Notes under the pieces: generated by a model
The model's database searches: none
What the model saw: only the letters and a program-made list of their open reading frames with translations
What the model was told of the DNA's origin: nothing
Source: an uncultured virus (IMG/VR IMGVR_UViG_3300036715_002708)
Lineage: Duplodnaviria > Heunggongvirae > Uroviricota > Caudoviricetes
Direction: 5' to 3' (one strand)
DNA length: 64,000 nt
IMG/VR virus record: IMGVR_UViG_3300036715_002708
Position numbers and translations under genes: made by a program
Shown: in pieces, positions 1 through 9,157 of the stretch
Layout of the letters: every line of letters begins with the position of its first letter
How positions within the stretch are numbered: position 1 is the stretch's first letter

Positions 1-131
1 TCAGTTATAACTATTTCGGGCAATGAGCATAAATTAGCAAACTCCATTTCAGAAAGCACCTTATCGTCTCTAGTAATACCTGGAGACTTAGGCACATGAC
101 AAGTTTTTGGATACTTTATGCGGGTAATCAT
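1..131 (-). CDS. RNA ligase family protein, N-terminal fragment (runs off window)
   Basis: Not in ORF track. Manual translation from ATG at 131: MITRIKYPKTCHVPKSPGITRDDKVLSEMEFANLCSLPEIVIT(E), matching the KYP.T.H.P.SPG...DD...VVTEK start of phage RNA ligases; AAGGAG RBS at 140-145 on the minus strand. Confidence 0.7.
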   Translation of the reverse strand, partial: MITRIKYPKTCHVPKSPGITRDDKVLSEMEFANLCSLPEIVIT

Positions 132-683
132 ATCCTTAACTCCTTAAAATAGTACTGCGTAAACAACGGCTATTTTGGTGTATACGTGTTTATACAGTAG
201 GTGCTTTCTTTGAGGGCTTTTATCATACACGTTTGTTTGATTCATTATATACCCTCTCAGTGTCAAATATAGTTTTATTTGTTGGAAATGTCAATCAAAG
301 TATGGAATTTAAAAAATGCGGGTTGGAGCGGACAGAAATGCAGCTAAGAAGAAGACAAGAAGAAGATAAAAAGAAGATAAGAAGAGATAAGAAGAAGAGT
401 AGTGATTTAATATAAGGGAAGAGATTAAAATGTATTAGGTATTATAGTATATGAATGGGAGATACTGTCAAAAGCATGAATCAGTAAAAAAGCATGAATA
501 GCCGTAAATATTTAATATTAAAGAGGAAAGAGGCTAAATAAGTGCTAAGAGAATAGAATAAAGTATAGGAGGAGGAGAGGGAGTAAGGAAAGAGTAAATA
601 GTGTAGAAGATACTGAATTATGGGGGAGAGAATAGGGGAAGAAATGGGGGAGAGATACTGAGTTGTGTCTGCAAAAATGTCAC

Positions 684-944
684 ATGAGACATTAATGACA
701 CGGGGGGAAGATACTGGACAAAAGTGTGACATAAATGACTCACTCAGTGTTAAAAATAGTGTGACATAAATGACTCACTTGAATGTAAATAGAGGTAAGT
801 TGTGATAAATTGGGGGGCGAATTGGGAGAGATACTAAACAGAAAGTGTGACATAAATGACTCATTTTGATGAAACTTTATCATCAAAAGAGATAAAAAAT
901 GGAGAAGTTATACTGATAATCAATGTGTGACAAAAATGACTCAC
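684..944. repeat. Five copies of a 20-bp imperfect palindrome GTGWGWCATWWATGWCWCAC
   Basis: GTGTGACATAAATGACTCA(C) at 724, 759, 845; variant at 925; degenerate copy at 684. Confidence 0.85.
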
Positions 945-1434
945 TTTATTTCGAGTTATTAAAATACCTTACCTCAGACAAGAAAAGTCTGAAGTAATAT
1001 CGGTATTTATCCCATCATATAGTGTCAAGCGGTTCCAGCGTCTCATATACACGCTGGGAAACAGTATCTTGAAGTGAAGCATCGGGCTGAGCTTAGATAC
1101 TGGCGGGTGTATATAAGGCTGAGAAACCGGCTTGAGACTGGAGGATACCATGAAGGATGGTAGAAGAATCTTTTTGGCAATGCGAAAAACTCCTCTTGCG
1201 ATACTAGAAAGAGAGGAGCAGAGGGACTTACTCAGACTCTCCAGTTTCGATAGGGACTTGAGTCAAGCAAAGCCACAAATTGGGGGGAGGGTAATTAGAC
1301 TCAGTCCAGCGCAGGGTAAGTTGTTGCGTCAAATGTCGCGGACTAAAATTACGTTTTGAGGGGACATATCATAAGATAGCTGGGGCCCATAAGGAGTCAA
1401 TCAACACTTGGGCAGATGCTACCAGCTAAACTTA

Positions 1435-1480
1435 GGAGCCAGTATCTTAACACTCAACATTCTAATAAGATACTGGCTCC
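1435..1480. repeat. CAGTATC-family intergenic hairpin 1
   Basis: Perfect 15-bp inverted repeat GGAGCCAGTATCTTA / TAAGATACTGGCTCC. Confidence 0.85.
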
Positions 1481-1541
1481 ACATTTTTCTATGGACCTTC
1501 AGGCGGAGCACAAAGCCCGCTGCCAACCATAGGAGTGCGAT

Positions 1542-1751
1542 ATGAAGATGAGATGGGATTTAGCAGTCGAGCCCAGCAACATCCACTATTTCCCGAGCAA
1601 CATCCACTATTTCCCGAAAGAGCAATGGGCAAAATGGCCTCACGCGGCATGGGAACTGTTCAACCGGGTCATGGAGTCCGCCTATGACAACCTTGCCTTA
1701 CGAGGTTGCATAGGTGACCGAATGCAGCTAGATGGATGTTTGGCCATGTAA
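1542..1751 (+). CDS. hypothetical protein with an internal 21-bp tandem duplication (SNIHYFP x2)
   Basis: AGGAG RBS; repeat at 1575-1616. Confidence 0.55.
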   Translation: MKMRWDLAVEPSNIHYFPSNIHYFPKEQWAKWPHAAWELFNRVMESAYDNLALRGCIGDRMQLDGCLAM

Positions 1752-1770
1752 TTGAAGACCCTAAACATCT

Positions 1771-1815
1771 TATCAGTATCCTAATTATCAGTATCCTAAT
1801 GGTGGGATACTGGTA
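1771..1815. repeat. CAGTATC-family hairpin 2 with a duplicated left arm
   Basis: TATCAGTATCCTAAT twice, then GGTGGGATACTGGTA. Confidence 0.75.
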
Positions 1816-1849
1816 AAGACGGGATAACTTTAAACTACGGAGGTGTACT

Positions 1850-2107
1850 ATGACCTATTTCGGGAAACAATTGGTAAAAGCGATTCATGGAACCGATCTA
1901 GAAGATCATCTCAAAGTCAAACAACTTAATGATCGACAAAGGGATTGGTTGAAAGACGTCCTTATGAGAGACTTGAGATTGGTTCCAAAGCCCACTCTAA
2001 CAGCCGCTGTCCATGAGGCATCTCAGAGGATTAGCAAAGGGGAGAACGAATGGCGTCATCTGAGAGACAAGGCTGTAAGAGCTTTGTTGCTCCGTAATAT
2101 CTCGTAG
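1850..2107 (+). CDS. hypothetical protein
   Basis: GGAGGT RBS, 85 aa. Confidence 0.7.
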   Translation: MTYFGKQLVKAIHGTDLEDHLKVKQLNDRQRDWLKDVLMRDLRLVPKPTLTAAVHEASQRISKGENEWRHLRDKAVRALLLRNIS

Positions 2108-2135
2108 TATCTTATAGTGGGGGTCAGGTTCCATA

Positions 2136-2161
2136 TCAGTATCTTAATCATAAGATACTGA
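2136..2161. repeat. CAGTATC-family hairpin 3
   Basis: TCAGTATCTTA-atca-TAAGATACTGA. Confidence 0.85.
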
Positions 2162-2252
2162 CTTCTCTCTGGCAGCGTTCTACTCGTCTGTATTCCAATG
2201 GTGGAGTACAGGTGAGAGTGACATATAACACCAACACATAAGGAGAGGACAC

Positions 2253-2639
2253 ATGAACATTTTAACGCAGAAGGGTCTCGGGGTTGTGTTTACAGTCAAA
2301 TGCACCAAGAAAGCCGTATTTGTCGAGGGTCACCCCGAGAAGGCGTCAAAGGGACACTACATCCTCACAGCTAAGTCTGGGAGTAAGAGCTACTCCACTA
2401 ACTGCGTAGGAAGTAGGGAACTGTTCTCTCGGGCCTGGGCAATATTGCATACCCATTTCCCACAGGCCTATGAGAAAGCCGTCGCAATAGCTAAAGCACA
2501 GAAGGAGGAGAATCGCGCCAAGACTAGGAAACCTAAGAAGGCTGCCGCTGGGATAGACGCAGAAGCCCTGCTTAACCTACTTTCCAGGCAGAGCAGGGGA
2601 GTTAAGGGGAACGGCAGAGTTATGGCGCTGTTCCTGTAA
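2253..2639 (+). CDS. basic Lys/Ala-rich protein, copy 1 of 3
   Basis: AAGGAG RBS; near-identical protein to 2788 and 20463. Confidence 0.9.
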   Translation: MNILTQKGLGVVFTVKCTKKAVFVEGHPEKASKGHYILTAKSGSKSYSTNCVGSRELFSRAWAILHTHFPQAYEKAVAIAKAQKEENRAKTRKPKKAAAGIDAEALLNLLSRQSRGVKGNGRVMALFL

Positions 2640-2665
2640 TACTAATAACCTGTAGGGTCAACAAC

Positions 2666-2701
2666 GGGGGCCAGTATCTGAAATACTAGATACTGGTCCC
2701 T
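2666..2701. repeat. CAGTATC-family hairpin 4
   Basis: GGGGGCCAGTATCT..AGATACTGGTCCCT. Confidence 0.85.
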
Positions 2702-2787
2702 ACTATAGTGTTTTACTCGTCTGTATTCCAATGGTGGAGTACAGGTGAGAGTGACATATAACACCAACACAAAAGGAGAGAGAACAC

Positions 2788-3180
2788 ATGAACATTCTAA
2801 CGCAGAAAGGCCTCGGGGTAACGTTTAGTGTAAAGTGCACCAAGAAAGCAGTATTTGTCGAGGGTCACCCTGAAAAGTCTTCCAAGGGACACTACATCCT
2901 CACAGCTAAGGCGGGAGCCAAAAGCTACTCTACTAACTGCATAGGAAGCAGGGAGCTGTTCTCTAAGGCATGGGCAATATTGCATACCCATTTCCCACAG
3001 GCCTATGAGAAAGCTGTCGCCATAGCCAAGGCACAGAAGGCAGAGAACCGTGCCAAGGTTAGGAAGCCCAAGAGGACTGCTACTGGGATAGACGCAGAAG
3101 CCCTGCTTAACCTGCTCTCCAGGCAAGGCAGGGGCAAGGGAACCAAGGGGAACGGCGGAGTTACAGCGCTGTTCCTGTAG
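2788..3180 (+). CDS. basic Lys/Ala-rich protein, copy 2 of 3
   Basis: Tandem paralog of 2253 with an identical upstream leader. Confidence 0.9.
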   Translation: MNILTQKGLGVTFSVKCTKKAVFVEGHPEKSSKGHYILTAKAGAKSYSTNCIGSRELFSKAWAILHTHFPQAYEKAVAIAKAQKAENRAKVRKPKRTATGIDAEALLNLLSRQGRGKGTKGNGGVTALFL

Positions 3181-3190
3181 GGATAACAAC

Positions 3191-3224
3191 GGGGCCAGTA
3201 TCTTGACACTTAGATACTGGCCCC
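3191..3224. repeat. CAGTATC-family hairpin 5
   Basis: GGGGCCAGTATCT..AGATACTGGCCCC, perfect 13 bp. Confidence 0.85.
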
Positions 3225-3243
3225 TATATTAAATGAGAAAATC

Positions 3244-3468
3244 ATGAGTATGCGGGATAACCCCGACGACATAGCGAGGTTGATAAAAAAGTTTCACGAG
3301 GAAATGAAGAAGCTGCATGGTGATGTGGAACGTGCACATGAGAAGGCAGATTTTTTCCTCATTGCAATGTTACGACGCCTTGAATATAATCAGGTGTCCG
3401 ATGCTTGGATAGAGGAAAGGGAGGCTCATAACAATTGGGAAAGGCCATACATACCAGTTGACGAGTAA
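3244..3468 (+). CDS. hypothetical protein
   Basis: 74-aa ORF lying between two hairpins. Confidence 0.7.
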   Translation: MSMRDNPDDIARLIKKFHEEMKKLHGDVERAHEKADFFLIAMLRRLEYNQVSDAWIEEREAHNNWERPYIPVDE

Positions 3469-3493
3469 ACCGTCTAGCGAATAGTATCTAGAT

Positions 3494-3540
3494 ATAGAAG
3501 ACCAGTATCTTTATTAACACTATAGATACTGGTCTTCTAT
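3494..3540. repeat. CAGTATC-family hairpin 6
   Basis: Perfect 17-bp inverted repeat ATAGAAGACCAGTATCT / AGATACTGGTCTTCTAT. Confidence 0.85.
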
Positions 3541-3602
3541 TATGTGGGTACTAAACCGGCCACAGTGTCGTACGATATTAAAGGAGGAAAGCATGAGCAT
3601 AC

Positions 3603-3992
3603 ATGATCATTTGGGGACAGGAACCAACCCATTATCCAGCGAAAGCTAAAGGAGGAAGTATGAGCCAAAACATTCTATGTTTGCTAGGGATTCACAAATG
3701 GCATATTCTACTTAAGACAACTTACAGTCAGCTTGCGGAGGATATGGAAAGACAGTATTACTTGCGAAAATGGAGAAAGCAGCATCCATTGTGCCTAGCT
3801 CCAAGGTGGGGAGAAAAGAGGATTACCAGAATTACGGAGGTATACTCTTGGCCTATGCTCTATAAAAGAGTATGCCTACGCTGCCATAAATACGAAGACA
3901 GGATAACTCCAACATGCAAATATCTTAAGCAGTACATCGCCAAACGAGAAGCTGAGATAGAACGGGCTTTACCTGCGCAGTACTTAAAGTGA
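3603..3992 (+). CDS. hypothetical protein (C..G.HKW...CxRC motif); alternative start at 3660
   Basis: GGAGG before both possible starts. Confidence 0.65.
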   Translation: MIIWGQEPTHYPAKAKGGSMSQNILCLLGIHKWHILLKTTYSQLAEDMERQYYLRKWRKQHPLCLAPRWGEKRITRITEVYSWPMLYKRVCLRCHKYEDRITPTCKYLKQYIAKREAEIERALPAQYLK

Positions 3993-4163
3993 GAAAGGAG
4001 ATCACTATGCAAGACAGAACACTGGAACGTAAAATCAAAGTAGCACTACATAACATCGGTCTTCACACCAAAGAAGCAGATTGGCAAAGCGCTCTATGGG
4101 AAGCCGAGGATGTTATCAATCTTCTGGAGAAACTTGCTAGAGACAAGGAAGAGGAGGTGTTAA

Positions 4164-4643
4164 ATGCCCAATGTGGATGAAGTACTGGGAGAGAGTATGC
4201 AAAAAACAAATCGAGAGGAATGCGAATATAAGATAGTTCTTAACGAGCGGCTGAGTGATGCCGACTTGGATTTCGCTAGAAGACGACCTGAGCCACACAA
4301 CTGCACATGTTGTGGCTCCAGCAGTATCTCAACACAGTATGATGCAGGCTGGGACGTTGATGAAAATGGAGAGGACCACCAGCATTTAGATCACTGTGCG
4401 AACTGTGGGGCTACAAGATTGTGGGGAGTATACTATAAACTCCCAGAGACAATAGACGGTGAAGTTGTTGTTAAAGCAATAGTCTGGGGAGGCGATTGGA
4501 CAAAGTCGCCTTACGGTTTGACAAATAAAGATAATGAGGAATGTTGTAAAGATGGTGGGATAATACGGAGTAAAAAGCTGCGAAAGAGAATTATTGAACT
4601 TTTGGCAGCTAAATGGGGAAAATTATTGCACTTTAGCAACTAA
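4164..4643 (+). CDS. hypothetical protein with two CxxC pairs (zinc-ribbon-like)
   Basis: CTCC and CANC; GGAGGT RBS. Confidence 0.65.
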   Translation: MPNVDEVLGESMQKTNREECEYKIVLNERLSDADLDFARRRPEPHNCTCCGSSSISTQYDAGWDVDENGEDHQHLDHCANCGATRLWGVYYKLPETIDGEVVVKAIVWGGDWTKSPYGLTNKDNEECCKDGGIIRSKKLRKRIIELLAAKWGKLLHFSN

Positions 4644-4657
4644 AGGAGAGGGAATAG

Positions 4658-5101
4658 ATGGTTAAGAGACATCAGATACTTCCTGGTGTCAAACTTGTTG
4701 TCAAGGATATGCTGCGTAAGAGCATGTATCATTCAGGGCCTCCAGAGCCAAACAGTATTACCATTCTTCGCGGGCCAGGGGATATTTTTGGGGGAGGCAT
4801 GAGTGTAAGCGCTGGGGAAATTTTAGAAGTTATAGACCCAGTTGTCAAGAAGGTTGATGGTGGGTGGCAAATCAGTAGCCGAAATGGCTGTTGGTATCAG
4901 GAGGGAATCCAAGTTGTTCCTGTTAGAATACTCTCCAACGGGTTTGAGGGATATGCCTATTGGTGTGATATCTATCGTGGGACTGACTTGTTGGCTCAAA
5001 CCTCCCCCCCAGCCAATAAGGAAGAACCAGTCAAGATAAAGAAGATAAAATCGGCAACCGCAAAGGAGATTGCTGACGCTCTAAACGGAGTTAAACCTTG
5101 A
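4658..5101 (+). CDS. hypothetical protein
   Basis: AAGGAG RBS, 147 aa. Confidence 0.7.
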   Translation: MVKRHQILPGVKLVVKDMLRKSMYHSGPPEPNSITILRGPGDIFGGGMSVSAGEILEVIDPVVKKVDGGWQISSRNGCWYQEGIQVVPVRILSNGFEGYAYWCDIYRGTDLLAQTSPPANKEEPVKIKKIKSATAKEIADALNGVKP

Positions 5102-5314
5102 AGTCGAGAATCAAGCCCAAGCGTACAAGGGTCCATCCGCCTTATAAGAAATGGTGGCAGGCAGAGAAAACAAGGGCGGACGAATTCGTCGCCCTATATG
5201 AGTCACAGGTGGCATATACAAACGACTTGGAACGAGCACGGCACGCACTTCAGCAGGAATTGCTAAAACTGGAGGTTCCAGGAAAAAGAGAAGAACAATC
5301 CTAAGGAGGAAACA

Positions 5315-5608
5315 ATGGCTGGTAATAATTACGAGAAACTCTTTAGAGAAGTTGAAGCATCACCAAGATACTGGGAGGAGGTTGCTATTGGTGATTTTTC
5401 CAGGGAGGTGTATCGCCTTCTCATAAATAGAAACATGACACGAACTAAACTAGCTAAGCTGTTGAATACAACGCCAACTCGTATAGGTAAGATTCTTACG
5501 GGCGATGTGGACTTGAGTCTTTCAAGCATGGCGCAAATTGCCTTTGCGCTTGGAAGCAAAATTAAGATTCAGCTTGAGCCCATCGAATCTGAGAACCATG
5601 CAACATAA
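5315..5608 (+). CDS. XRE/Cro-C1 helix-turn-helix protein
   Basis: RNMTRTKLAKLLNTTPTRIGKILTGDVDLSLSSMAQIAFALG is a typical XRE HTH. Confidence 0.85.
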   Translation: MAGNNYEKLFREVEASPRYWEEVAIGDFSREVYRLLINRNMTRTKLAKLLNTTPTRIGKILTGDVDLSLSSMAQIAFALGSKIKIQLEPIESENHAT

Positions 5609-5617
5609 AAACAATAA

Positions 5618-5658
5618 GCGCCAGTATCTCTATTATTTAATCATGGAGATACTGGCGC
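5618..5658. repeat. CAGTATC-family hairpin 7
   Basis: GCGCCAGTATCTC..GAGATACTGGCGC. Confidence 0.85.
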
Positions 5659-5841
5659 CTTTAAATACTGAATTGCTATAGTGATTAGGTACCATCTTTC
5701 CTTGTGTTGATATACAGTATATCTTTTCACCATCACTAAAAACGTACAGACTTTGATAATATTATGATAAGTAATTATATTATTAACGGTCAGTATTATT
5801 ATGCTACTGTTCCTACGTCTCTAAACTAAGGAGGGATAGCC

Positions 5842-6171
5842 ATGAAGTTAAAGCAATATGCCGTGAAAAAAATTAAAAACTTTATAGCGAATCCCTCTGA
5901 TAAAACATTATCGGAAATAGTTTTGCTAAGACCACAACATTGCTGTTTTGATTATTTAATGCGCCGTACTTCAGGCTGCCCAAAGGGATGCCCAGGAGAT
6001 GACCTATTAGATATTCATCTAGATAATGGTGACTATGTGTCTTATCTCTGTTCTTTGGACCGCCTAAAGGAACTTTGGAAAATGGATCAAGCTAAGGTTG
6101 TGCTTTATATGATACAGTTACTGGCCTGCGCAGAGAGTGTCATAGAAACTAATTCCGAGTCTAAGGAGTAG
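5842..6171 (+). CDS. 4-Cys paralog family protein, array 1 member 1
   Basis: FIANPSDKTL, C..CPKGCP..C, W..DQAKVVLY..LLACAES. Confidence 0.9.
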   Translation: MKLKQYAVKKIKNFIANPSDKTLSEIVLLRPQHCCFDYLMRRTSGCPKGCPGDDLLDIHLDNGDYVSYLCSLDRLKELWKMDQAKVVLYMIQLLACAESVIETNSESKE

Positions 6172-6175
6172 CTAA

Positions 6176-6499
6176 ATGGCGGTAGACAAAGATATAATAG
6201 AGAAAATGCGGGCCTTTATAAATAATCCATCCGATGAAACATTGAAACAAATGATTCCTCATGGTTTTTATTACTGTTGCTTAAGTTACTTAGTAGAAGA
6301 TTTTACTTATAACACTCCATATTGCCCAAAGGAATGTCCTGGGGGTGATACGACATATGATGGTTATTACCGTTTGTGCCTTTTTGGTCAACTTAAACGG
6401 CTTTGGGAAGTAGACCAAGCTAAAGTCATTCTTTATGTAATACGACTGTTAGCTTATGCGGAGAGTCATGCTGGGATTAATTCCCAATCAAGGGGATAA
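6176..6499 (+). CDS. 4-Cys family member 2
   Basis: FINNPSDETL..CPKECP..LLAYAES. Confidence 0.9.
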   Translation: MAVDKDIIEKMRAFINNPSDETLKQMIPHGFYYCCLSYLVEDFTYNTPYCPKECPGGDTTYDGYYRLCLFGQLKRLWEVDQAKVILYVIRLLAYAESHAGINSQSRG

Positions 6500-6503
6500 C
6501 TAA

Positions 6504-6824
6504 ATGGCGTTAAACAGAGATGCAATAGAGAAAATGCGGGCCTTTCTAAATAATCCATCCGATGAAACACTGGAACAAATAATTCCTCAGGGTCTTTATT
6601 ACTGTTGTTTAAGTTACTTAGTAGAAAATCATAATGCCCCATATTGCCCAAAGGAATGTCCTGGTGGTGACACGATATATGATCATTATTGTTTATGCCT
6701 TTTTGGTCAACTTAGACGGCTTTGGGCAGTAAACCAAGCTAAAGCCGTTCTTTATGTAATGCGAATGTTAGCTTATGTGGAAAGTTATGCTGGGATTAGT
6801 TCCCAATCAAGAGGGGATAACTAA
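6504..6824 (+). CDS. 4-Cys family member 3
   Basis: DNA highly similar to members 2 and 4. Confidence 0.9.
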   Translation: MALNRDAIEKMRAFLNNPSDETLEQIIPQGLYYCCLSYLVENHNAPYCPKECPGGDTIYDHYCLCLFGQLRRLWAVNQAKAVLYVMRMLAYVESYAGISSQSRGDN

Positions 6825-7166
6825 ATGGCTGTAAACAAAGATGCGATGGAGAAAATGCGGGCCTTTCTAAATAATCCATCCGATGAAACATTAGCACAAA
6901 TAATTCCTCAGGGTCTTTATTACTGTTGCTTAAGTTACTTAGTAGATGATTTTGTTGCTAATAATGCTCCATATTGCCCAAAGGAATGCCCTGGAGGTGA
7001 CACGATATATGATCATTACTGTTTGTGTATTTTTGATCAACTTAAACGGCTTTGGGCAGTTGACCAAGCTAAAGCTGTTCTTTATGTAATACGACTGTTA
7101 GCTTGTGCAGAAAGCTATGCGGGGTTAAGTCCTAGTCTTCAAAAAAGGGGGGGAATAGCTAAATGA
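6825..7166 (+). CDS. 4-Cys family member 4
   Basis: Family motifs present. Confidence 0.9.
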   Translation: MAVNKDAMEKMRAFLNNPSDETLAQIIPQGLYYCCLSYLVDDFVANNAPYCPKECPGGDTIYDHYCLCIFDQLKRLWAVDQAKAVLYVIRLLACAESYAGLSPSLQKRGGIAK

Positions 7167-7468
7167 CGATAAACGAAGATGCTATGGAGAAAATGCGAGC
7201 CTTTATAAATAATCCATCCGATGAAACACTGGAACAAATAATTTCTCAGCATTATTACTGTTGCTTAAGTTACTTAGTAGAAGATTTTGCTGATTGTCCA
7301 AGTTGTCCAAAGGAATGTCCTGCGTGTGACACAACAATATATAAGCGTTACTGTTTATGTGATTTTAGCCGACTTCAACAGCTTTGGGAAGTAGACAAAG
7401 CTAAAACTGTTCTCTATATAATGCGGCTGTTAGCTTGTGCAGAGAGCTATGTGGGGATTAATTCCTAG
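7163..7468 (+). CDS. 4-Cys family member 5
   Basis: Family motifs present. Confidence 0.9.
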   Translation: MTINEDAMEKMRAFINNPSDETLEQIISQHYYCCLSYLVEDFADCPSCPKECPACDTTIYKRYCLCDFSRLQQLWEVDKAKTVLYIMRLLACAESYVGINS

Positions 7469-7493
7469 TCTTCAAAAAAAGGGGGGTAGCTAA

Positions 7494-7772
7494 ATGACGA
7501 TAAACGAAGATGCTATGGAGAAAATGCGAGCTTTCGTGAATAATCCATGTAATGAAACATTTACGAAAATACCTCCTCTAAACTGTATGGGCTGTTTAGT
7601 TGAACATTCCCGTTGCCTGAATGAATGCCCAGGACGTTATGGACGTTATACTCGCATTTGTTATCTTGATCAACTTGAATGGCTTTGGCATCACGAGGGA
7701 CAAGCTCAAGTCGTTCTTTATATAACGCAACTGATAGCGTATGCAGAAAGCTACGTAGGATGCTATCCGTAA
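7494..7772 (+). CDS. 4-Cys family member 6 (shortest, 92 aa)
   Basis: Family motifs present. Confidence 0.9.
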   Translation: MTINEDAMEKMRAFVNNPCNETFTKIPPLNCMGCLVEHSRCLNECPGRYGRYTRICYLDQLEWLWHHEGQAQVVLYITQLIAYAESYVGCYP

Positions 7773-7806
7773 ACATAAATAGCGTTCTAGGTGAAAGGAT
7801 AGCTAA

Positions 7807-8121
7807 ATGCCAAAAAACAGGAAGGTTATAAAGCTAATACGTGCTTTTATAAATAATCCCTCCGATGAGACGTGGAAGCAATTAGAAATTCTTCATAAAT
7901 CTCCTTACCGCTGCATATTAAATTATTTAGTTAAAGGAACGGTTATCAAATGCCCGGAGGAATGCCCAGGACGTGACGTAATATATGAGTATTATTGTTT
8001 GTGTTATTTTAGCCAATTTGAATGGATTTGGTATGAAAAAGGAGACCGAGCTAAAACCGTTATCTATATGATACGATTTTTAGCTTGCGCGGAAAGCTTA
8101 GAACAGTGTCGGTCTAAATAA
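7807..8121 (+). CDS. 4-Cys family member 7
   Basis: Family motifs present. Confidence 0.9.
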   Translation: MPKNRKVIKLIRAFINNPSDETWKQLEILHKSPYRCILNYLVKGTVIKCPEECPGRDVIYEYYCLCYFSQFEWIWYEKGDRAKTVIYMIRFLACAESLEQCRSK

Positions 8122-8147
8122 TATTTAACGAAAGGAGGGAAAATCAA

Positions 8148-8483
8148 ATGACAATAGATGAAAATGTTGAGGAACGAATGCGAGCTTTTATAGAGAATCC
8201 CTCCGATGAGACACTGGCACGGGTAATCAGTCTTAGTAAATTTTATCATTACCGCTGCTTATTAGGCTGTTTGGTTTTCGGTGTTCTTAGTGCTTGCCCA
8301 AAGGAATGCCCATCGCTTATAGTATCAGACGGTGGGTATAATTGTGGTGCATCTGGTCTTAGCTATCTCGAAGAGCTTTGGCGTATAGACCAAGCTAAAA
8401 CTGTTCTTTACGTGATGCAATTGTTAGCCTGTGCAGAGAGCTATGTAGAGACTCATAAGTTCTCTAAGAAAGAGGCCCGATAA
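8148..8483 (+). CDS. 4-Cys family member 8
   Basis: Family motifs present. Confidence 0.9.
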   Translation: MTIDENVEERMRAFIENPSDETLARVISLSKFYHYRCLLGCLVFGVLSACPKECPSLIVSDGGYNCGASGLSYLEELWRIDQAKTVLYVMQLLACAESYVETHKFSKKEAR

Positions 8484-8818
8484 TGCTCAACAAAAGCATG
8501 GTGAAAGCAGTTCAAGAGTTTATAGAGAATCCATCTGAGGAGACACTGGATAATATAGTAGCATATCACTCTTGTTTGTTAAGCCAGTTAGTCAATCCCG
8601 ACGGACATTCTGTACAATGTATGAGAACGTGTCCAGGGAAACAACCATATGCACAATGTGGGGAATTCCGTTTTTATGCATGTTATTTGGCTAGTCTTGT
8701 TCAGTTTTGGAGGATAAAGCCGGCAGAAGCTGTTCTTTACGCAATACAGCTACTGGCGTTTGCGAAAAGTTATGACGCACAACGCTCCAGTTCAATAAAC
8801 AGAAAGAGGGCCACATGA
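8483..8818 (+). CDS. 4-Cys family member 9
   Basis: Family motifs present. Confidence 0.9.
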   Translation: MLNKSMVKAVQEFIENPSEETLDNIVAYHSCLLSQLVNPDGHSVQCMRTCPGKQPYAQCGEFRFYACYLASLVQFWRIKPAEAVLYAIQLLAFAKSYDAQRSSSINRKRAT

Positions 8819-9153
8819 CAATAAATAAAGAAATCATGGAAAAAATGCAGGCTTTTGTGGCTAATCCTTCCAATGAAACACTGACTCCAATAGGCGGCCT
8901 ATCCTATCGTTGCCTACTCAATTGTCTTTTAGTTGGAGATATGGCTTTTTGTCCAGAGATGTGCCCAGGACTAATTCTGATGAATGTTGAGGATCACGGT
9001 TCTAATATTACATATCGTATTTGCTCTTTTTATGAACTCAAGCGATTGTGGGAAATAGACCAAGCTAAGGCTGTCCTTTATGTGATACAATTACTAGCAT
9101 GTATAGAAAGCTACGTAGGAGTTAATTCCAAAACTCCCAAAGATGGGAAGTAG
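8815..9153 (+). CDS. 4-Cys family member 10
   Basis: Family motifs present. Confidence 0.9.
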   Translation: MTINKEIMEKMQAFVANPSNETLTPIGGLSYRCLLNCLLVGDMAFCPEMCPGLILMNVEDHGSNITYRICSFYELKRLWEIDQAKAVLYVIQLLACIESYVGVNSKTPKDGK

Positions 9154-9157
9154 TCTA

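Noticed and set aside
233..732. ORFs 233-415 (+) and 481-732 (-)
   Set aside because: Low-complexity products of a purine-rich tract, with no RBS
684..944. CRISPR array
   Set aside because: Gaps between repeats are irregular (about 20, 15, 66 and 60 bp), the repeats are only 20 bp, and no cas genes are present
724..944. CRP/FNR boxes
   Set aside because: The TGTGA half-site is present but the second half and the symmetry centre do not fit TGTGA-N6-TCACA
1435..5658. Canonical integron attC sites
   Set aside because: No RYYYAAC/GTTRRRY ends and no integron integrase in the window; kept only as an analogy
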